DNA of 20,000 bases, taken from the IMG/VR virus record IMGVR_UViG_3300037242_000028; one strand, written 5' to 3'. Both the position numbers and the translations under genes were made by a program. Positions 15,408 through 20,000 of the stretch are shown here, in pieces; position 1 is the first letter of the stretch; the number at the start of each line of letters is the position of its first letter. The notes under the pieces were generated by a model. The model saw only the letters and a program-made list of their open reading frames with translations. It made no database searches and was not told the DNA's origin. The DNA is from an uncultured virus (IMG/VR IMGVR_UViG_3300037242_000028). Its lineage: Duplodnaviria; Heunggongvirae; Uroviricota; Caudoviricetes.

Positions 15408-16589
15408 TTATGGACCAGTGTTCGCGGTTGCCGCCGTGGTTCCAAAGACCGCCAAGTTCTGACCGTCGCTCGGGTCCGCCGTCCATGCGTAGCCGCTGGT
15501 GGACTCGCGCGTAATCAGGCGGGAGAGCTTGATCTGCTTGCGTTCCGGGAACACGCGGACAAAGGAGCCGCTGGCCGAAAGCTGACCGTTCGTCGGGCCG
15601 CCTTCATAGTGAGGCGAAGAACCGACCCACGCGTGGCCGACCGGGTGGATGACCCACTCGACGCGGTTGAACAGGGTGTCCGAGCCCGCGCCGTTGCCGC
15701 GCGACGGGTAACGGAACACTTCGGTCGGGACGACCGGGGTGCCGACGCCGAGTCGGAACGAGGCCGGTCCAACGAGCCAAGTGTGGTAGAGGCCGGAGCC
15801 GCCGCCAGTGTTGGCGTTGTTGGACGTGTCGCCCGCCGGGTTGGGCATTCCGTCGTCCACGATGACACGGCGACCCAAAAACACCGGGATGTTGATGTGT
15901 CCTTCCGCGTCCGGGATGAAGTCGATCAGGTTATTCTTCTGAGCCTTCGAGTAGACGATGGAGTGCATGAACACCGCCGTCACATCTTCGGCCGCGTCGC
16001 CGAGCAACGTGCAGGCGTCAATGAACGCCTCCGCGTTGAAGTCGGTGACGCCCGAGCTATAGCCCGAGGCAGAAATGTCATGAGTCAGGTCGTCCTGATT
16101 GCCGTACTGAGCGGCAAGGCCCAAGCCGCCCGGGGTAGCACCCGCGTTGGCCGAGGCGTTGGTGAAGAACACGCCGTTGGCTACGGCGACGAAAGCACGC
16201 TGTAGACGACGGACCCAATAGTCGGAGACGCGCGATGCGATGGACTGCATCGGGTCGGCACCGGCCAAGGCCGTCGCAAGGCGCATCGTGCTCCACGAAC
16301 TATTACGGGAAAGTCGAACCGCGACTTCGGCTGACGTTCCAGTGATGTTCGGGGTCGAGTCGTAATTGGGGTCGTCGGAGCCGACGTTTTCCGCCGGGTC
16401 ACCGATGTCCTGCCAAGACGGGACCGTGAAAGTCAAGCCGCCGCCAGCGAGGAGGTTGTCCAAGAAGTCGTCGCGAGCCGCGATGCCCGACTGGACGATG
16501 GCGGTTTTCTCCATCGTCAACTGTTGGGTGTACGGCGTAAAGATCGCGGGGACGATAACGTCTGAGATTGTGGTGGATACGTTAGCCAT
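15408..16589 (-). CDS. Major capsid protein, SPP1 gp13-like (393 aa)
   Basis: Start re-assigned to ATG 16589 (GGAGG RBS). The N-terminus TTISDVIVPAIFTPY..QSGIAA..GGG..P.W.D closely recalls SPP1 gp13-type capsid proteins. Confidence 0.92.
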   Translation of the reverse strand: MANVSTTISDVIVPAIFTPYTQQLTMEKTAIVQSGIAARDDFLDNLLAGGGLTFTVPSWQDIGDPAENVGSDDPNYDSTPNITGTSAEVAVRLSRNSSWSTMRLATALAGADPMQSIASRVSDYWVRRLQRAFVAVANGVFFTNASANAGATPGGLGLAAQYGNQDDLTHDISASGYSSGVTDFNAEAFIDACTLLGDAAEDVTAVFMHSIVYSKAQKNNLIDFIPDAEGHINIPVFLGRRVIVDDGMPNPAGDTSNNANTGGGSGLYHTWLVGPASFRLGVGTPVVPTEVFRYPSRGNGAGSDTLFNRVEWVIHPVGHAWVGSSPHYEGGPTNGQLSASGSFVRVFPERKQIKLSRLITRESTSGYAWTADPSDGQNLAVFGTTAATANTGP

Positions 16590-16626
16590 GGCACTGCCTC
16601 CAAGGGGTGAAACTGGATAGCTCCGG

Positions 16627-16688
16627 CCTCCCCATGGAGGTATCGGGTATTTTGGTCCGGGCGCATCGAGCACTGCCATGAGGCTCAA
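16627..16688 (-). promoter_or_regulatory. Two AUGG-loop leader hairpins upstream of the capsid gene
   Basis: CCUCC-AUGG-GGAGG (16627-16640) and UUGAGC-CU-cAUGGc-AG-U-GCUCGA (16666-16688). Confidence 0.55.
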
Positions 16689-16732
16689 GAAACGATGGGA
16701 CCTGATTTCGATGCTGGTATGATTAACGCGTT

Positions 16733-16748
16733 TTGCTTCGCGAAGCAA
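16733..16748. promoter_or_regulatory. Perfect 16-bp palindrome TTGCTTCGCGAAGCAA (operator candidate)
   Basis: Adjacent to the GTTAAT variant motif (16722-16727) in the AT-rich spacer upstream of the capsid gene. Confidence 0.45.
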
Positions 16749-16870
16749 CCCGGTAAACGCGAAAAAGAATTTTGGGGGATGAAATTCGAGGAAATGCTTT
16801 GTTATTCGGCGTTTGCGCTATATTCGCTGCACAGCAAATTTGAAATGCAAAGCCCTAACGCTTTGTAATC

Positions 16871-16945
16871 ATGGGGCGGGGACCGGCTTGAGTGCCATGG
16901 TTTCGACACGACACGCCGCCTCAACCGCGAACGTCCCCGCCCCAT
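16871..16945 (-). other. 75-nt long imperfect RNA hairpin
   Basis: 13-bp closing stem AUGGGGCGGGGAC/GUCCCCGCCCCAU, then CGG-UUGAG/CUCAA-CCG and GUGUCGUG/CAUGGCAC with G-U pairs. Confidence 0.7.
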
Positions 16946-16946
16946 C

Positions 16947-16979
16947 AAAACAACAATGCCGCCCCGGGGGCGGCATTGT
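16947..16979 (-). terminator. Probable intrinsic terminator of the scaffold gene
   Basis: ACAAUGCCGCCC-(CCG)-GGGCGGCAUUGU followed by UGUUUU, 31 nt after the stop. Confidence 0.7.
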
Positions 16980-17010
16980 CAAGTTGCCTTAAGTCAGGTT
17001 ACGGACTGGT

Positions 17011-17874
17011 TTATGCGACCTTCCGAGTTGGCCGCACCGCACCGATCTTCGAGTTGGCGCGAGCCGCCAACGCCGCGCCTTTTTCCTCGCCGTTATCGCG
17101 GATGTACTTGCCTTGAGCGGTGAGGTTCCAAGCTTCGGCGCTCCAAGGATTGTCCTTGTTGCTGACGCCGCCGCCCTTGCCGCCCTGCGCGCCGCCACCT
17201 TGGCTAAGCGGCCACCAATGCGGGCGTTTTTCCTTCATGTCCTTAGCCCATTCCTTCGGGTCGAGACCCGGAGTCATGCCGTTGTCGGACTTGGTGACGA
17301 GTTTGCCATCGACGAACTCAAACATGCGTTCACCGACCAGCACCGCGTCGTCGATAGCCGTGGGGAGAACCTGCGCCGCGATGACCGCATCGCGGATCGA
17401 AAGCCGAACATGCTCCTGACGGATATTCTCGTTGAGCTTGCCGATTTCGGCTTCCTTCTCGACGACGGACTTCTTCGCCACTTCGAGTTGTTTGGCTAAC
17501 GAGTCCTTCTCACGGCCGACCGGGCCGACTGCGCGGTTCACCGCCGCGCTGATTTGCGCCTCCACCTTGCCCTCGTCAAGCTTGCCTTCCGCCGTCAGCG
17601 TGTCGAGACGCGCCTTGGCTTCGGCCAGTTCTTCATTCAGGGCCGGGAGAGTTGTGGGATCGACATCGCCGAACAATTGCAGCTTATCACGAACTGCCTT
17701 GTGATCGGTGCGCTCTTTCAAAAGCGCCACATTCATGCGGTCGATGTCGGCTTGAGTCTTGACCCCTTCGATATTGGTCAACTCAAACTTCCCGTTTTTC
17801 TCGGTGTAAAGTTCACCGTAGCCTTCGGGGACATCTTCCTGTTTTTCGTAAACCGTCTTGAGCTTTACAGCCAT
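17011..17874 (-). CDS. Capsid scaffolding protein (287 aa)
   Basis: LYTEKNGKFEL N-terminal motif, long coiled coil, PHWW..SQGGGAQG..NPW..WNLTAQ C-terminus; GAGGAG RBS; precedes the capsid gene. Confidence 0.85.
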   Translation of the reverse strand: MAVKLKTVYEKQEDVPEGYGELYTEKNGKFELTNIEGVKTQADIDRMNVALLKERTDHKAVRDKLQLFGDVDPTTLPALNEELAEAKARLDTLTAEGKLDEGKVEAQISAAVNRAVGPVGREKDSLAKQLEVAKKSVVEKEAEIGKLNENIRQEHVRLSIRDAVIAAQVLPTAIDDAVLVGERMFEFVDGKLVTKSDNGMTPGLDPKEWAKDMKEKRPHWWPLSQGGGAQGGKGGGVSNKDNPWSAEAWNLTAQGKYIRDNGEEKGAALAARANSKIGAVRPTRKVA

Positions 17875-17894
17875 TGTCGTTACTCCTCACTGTT

Positions 17895-17931
17895 CCCGTT
17901 CGACCATTCGCCCGGGCGGACCCCATGTTCC
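17895..17931 (-). promoter_or_regulatory. Two AUGG-loop leader hairpins upstream of the scaffold gene
   Basis: GGA-A-C-AUGG-G-G-UCC (17918-17931) and CCCG-GG-CGA-AUGG-UCG-AA-CGGG (17895-17916). Confidence 0.5.
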
Positions 17932-17935
17932 CTTT

Positions 17936-18277
17936 TCAGTTCAAACAAACGCGCAATGCCGAAACCTGTGCGGGGGACAAACCGTACTGTTTAGCTGCGG
18001 CGAGAACTTGAGCCTTCGTGTATTCTGCTGCGGCCGACCGGACTTGCTTGCAAGCCATCGCGTCGCCGAGTTTGCCACCCTTGAGCACCTTGCGGTACAC
18101 GACGGACTTTTTCGTAACCGGCGGTTTCAACACTGGCGCGTCCAAAACGGGCGCAACTGTTGAAACGGTCGGCGGGACCCCGGCGCAGGGAGACGCCTGC
18201 ACACCGAAAAAGATCACCGCCCCGAGGGCGGCGACTGCGAGTGCTCCACCTATAAGATTGATTGAGGGGACTTGCAT
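17936..18277 (-). CDS. Small secreted or membrane-anchored protein (113 aa)
   Basis: Start re-assigned to MQVPS (GGAG RBS); hydrophobic N-terminal segment, Pro-rich linker and C-terminal C..VR...A..YG.S..Q...R.CL domain. Confidence 0.7.
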   Translation of the reverse strand: MQVPSINLIGGALAVAALGAVIFFGVQASPCAGVPPTVSTVAPVLDAPVLKPPVTKKSVVYRKVLKGGKLGDAMACKQVRSAAAEYTKAQVLAAAKQYGLSPAQVSALRVCLN

Positions 18278-18305
18278 TGCCGCTCCGGGGAGGTTAAGCC
18301 CGGGC

Positions 18306-18314
18306 ATTAACCAT
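18306..18314 (-). promoter_or_regulatory. ATGGTTAAT motif copy 3
   Basis: Intergenic; preceded on the minus strand by TTGACA (18333-18328); overlaps near-palindrome GGTTAAGCCCGGGCATTAACC (18292-18312). Confidence 0.55.
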
Positions 18315-18329
18315 GTTTAGGGGCTGCTG

Positions 18330-20000
18330 TCAAGTCTTTGGTGGCGGCTTCCGCGCCCAAGTATGGGCGGGAGTGGTGAGGTTTCTATCGGCGATTGAGC
18401 GCGGGGGGACCATGCTGCGGACGCCTCTATCGAAGCTCTTTCCACGGAACAATTCCAAAGTATCGGCATAGACCGCCTTCGGGGCCGATCCACCCCCGCG
18501 CCCCATCTGCTCTTGCTCCGGCGGAGTCGGCGGCGGCGCGTTGGGGTTGAATACGATCAGGTTCGCATCGCTCCCGTTCATTGAGAACGATCCGGTCTCG
18601 CACGATAGAATGTGCGTCATAAGTAAGCCTGCGGGCGCGCCGGTCATTTCGTAGGACCCGGCCGCAATCCCGAACTCCACGACTTCCTCGAACTCGGCGG
18701 TTGCGCCGGTCATCGAGTAGGACCCGGCCTGCGCATCGAGCACTCGGTTGTAGAGAAGCGCCGCGTCGCTGCCGGTCATCGAGTAGGACCCGACCGCTTC
18801 GTCGAGGTACGCGCCGCTCAAAACTTGAAGGAGCGCATCGCTGCCGGTGATCGAGTAGGACCCGACCGCTTCGTCGAGCACGCGATTGTAAAGGAGGGCC
18901 GCGTCGTCGCCCGTAATCGAGTAGGACCCGACCGCGAAGTCGAGTAGGTGCGCGGTGAGCAACGCGGCCGCATCGCCCGTGATCGTGTACGCGCCCGGAG
19001 TCAGCCCAAGCATATCGGCGAAGGCCAACGACGATCCGGTGATCGCGTAGGTGCCGACCGCGAAATCCAACACTCGATTGTAGAGAAGCGCGGCGGCGTC
19101 GCCCGTGATCGCATAGGTGCCCTCCGCGAACCCGAGCGTATCGGCGAAGGCCAACGGCGAGCCGGTGATTGCATAAGTGCCGACCGCGAAATCCAACACG
19201 CGATTGTAGAGAAGCGCCGCCGCATCGCCCATGATCGCGTAGGTGCCGACCGCTTCGTCTAGCACACGCGCAATGAACAGCGCCGCCGCGTCGCCCGTGA
19301 TCGTGTACGCGCCCGGCGCGAACCCGAGCGTATAGCCGAAGGCCAGCGGGGAACCTGTGATTGCGTAGGTGCCGACTGCGAAATCCAACACACGCTTGCG
19401 GAGAAGCGCCGCCGCGTCACCCGTGATCGTGTACGCGCCCGGCGCGAGCCCGAGCATATCGGCGAAGGCCAACGGCGATCCGGTGATCGCGTAGGTGCCG
19501 ACCGCGAAGTCGAGAACGTGATGATAAAGAAGCGCAGCGGCGTCACCCGTGATCGCGTAGGTGCCGACCGCCATGTCGAGGACGCCTTCGAGCAATGCCG
19601 CGCTGCCAGTGATCGTGTAGATGCCGACTGCGAAGTCCAACACGCGGTTGCGGAGAAGCGCCGCCGCGTCACCCGTGATCGTGTACGCGCCCGGAGTCAG
19701 CCCGAGCATATCGGCGAAGGCCAACGGCGATCCGGTGATCGCGTAAGTGCCGACCGCGAAGTCAAGGACGTGGTGATAGAGAAGGGCGGCGGCGTCACCC
19801 GTGATCGCGTAGGTGCCGACCGCCATGTCGAGAACGCCTTCGAGCAATGCCGCGCTGCCGGTGATCGCGTAGGTGCCGACTGCGAAGTCCAACACGCGGT
19901 TGCGGAGAAGCGCCGCCGCGTCACCCGTGATCGTGTACGCGCCCGGAGTCAGCCCGAGCATATCGGCGAAGGCCAACGGCGATCCGGTGATCGCGTAAGT
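18330..20000 (-). CDS. Tandem-repeat protein, 5'-truncated by the window edge; probable virion filament/decoration protein
   Basis: The frame is open to position 20000 (the track's start is an internal TTG). At least 22 full units of 20-24 aa, consensus LDFAVGTYAITGDAAALLYNRV. Confidence 0.85.
   Translation of the reverse strand, partial: TYAITGSPLAFADMLGLTPGAYTITGDAAALLRNRVLDFAVGTYAITGSAALLEGVLDMAVGTYAITGDAAALLYHHVLDFAVGTYAITGSPLAFADMLGLTPGAYTITGDAAALLRNRVLDFAVGIYTITGSAALLEGVLDMAVGTYAITGDAAALLYHHVLDFAVGTYAITGSPLAFADMLGLAPGAYTITGDAAALLRKRVLDFAVGTYAITGSPLAFGYTLGFAPGAYTITGDAAALFIARVLDEAVGTYAIMGDAAALLYNRVLDFAVGTYAITGSPLAFADTLGFAEGTYAITGDAAALLYNRVLDFAVGTYAITGSSLAFADMLGLTPGAYTITGDAAALLTAHLLDFAVGSYSITGDDAALLYNRVLDEAVGSYSITGSDALLQVLSGAYLDEAVGSYSMTGSDAALLYNRVLDAQAGSYSMTGATAEFEEVVEFGIAAGSYEMTGAPAGLLMTHILSCETGSFSMNGSDANLIVFNPNAPPPTPPEQEQMGRGGGSAPKAVYADTLELFRGKSFDRGVRSMVPPRSIADRNLTTPAHTWARKPPPKT
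18540..20000. repeat. Coding tandem repeat array of mostly 60/66-bp units with a 252-bp higher-order period
   Basis: cccgagcatatcggcgaaggccaacggcgatccggtgatcgcgta recurs at 19449, 19701 and 19953 (spacing 252). Confidence 0.9.

Noticed and set aside
15025..15486. 153-aa ORF as a capsid frameshift extension
   Set aside because: No clear slippery site was seen, it runs through hairpins and over the better supported 70-aa gene, and the product looks non-protein-like.
16590..16748. 53-aa N-terminal extension of the capsid protein in the ORF track
   Set aside because: The TTG start has no RBS; ATG 16589 has GGAGG and matches the family N-terminus; the region is a structured leader.
16871..16945. 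tRNA or tmRNA (about 75 nt, GGGGC start, TTCGA)
   Set aside because: It folds as one long hairpin rather than a cloverleaf, with no properly placed D and T arms.
11573..17931. AUGG hairpins as canonical CsrA/RsmA sites
   Set aside because: The essential GGA core is absent from the loops (AUGG is followed by G, U or C), so they are kept as a distinct motif.
496..19262. Plus-strand ORFs (e.g. 6626..7246, 9478..10011, 12743..13375, 15609..16205)
   Set aside because: They are antisense shadows of real minus-strand genes in GC-rich DNA, with no recognisable motifs.
18540..20000. CRISPR array or diversity-generating retroelement repeats
   Set aside because: Units are contiguous multiples of 3 within one ORF, with no unique spacers. 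No cas or reverse transcriptase gene is present in the window, and I saw no adenine-specific TR/VR pair.
1..20000. Gene transfer agent or contractile tail system
   Set aside because: The capsid is SPP1 gp13-like with a separate scaffold, gene content and order differ from RcGTA, and no sheath gene lies next to the tube gene.

Overview
The window is a continuous, entirely minus-strand virion morphogenesis region of a long-tailed (siphovirus-type) phage or prophage. Host-like accessory genes and motifs suggest an alphaproteobacterial (Hyphomicrobiales-like) host; this is inference. Order of transcription (right to left): truncated tandem-repeat protein, small secreted protein, scaffold, SPP1 gp13-like major capsid protein, two small head-region proteins, DUF3309-like membrane peptide, CBM-like small protein, DnaT-like head-tail adaptor, head closure, tail terminator, tail tube, two orphans, tail chaperone with a -1 frameshift, gp10/DUF6441-like protein, tape measure, distal tail, hub, two tail-tip proteins and the start of a tail fibre. 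The most notable unexplained signals are: (i) a recurrent AUGG-loop RNA hairpin about 30-45 nt upstream of the scaffold, capsid, post-capsid 251-aa and tail-tube start codons; (ii) a recurrent intergenic ATGGTTAAT (TTAACCAT, CtrA-like) DNA motif; (iii) twin-hairpin elements after several structural genes; (iv) a ClpP/crotonase-like Ser/His domain inside the tape measure protein. All family assignments come from motif recognition and synteny, not from database searches.
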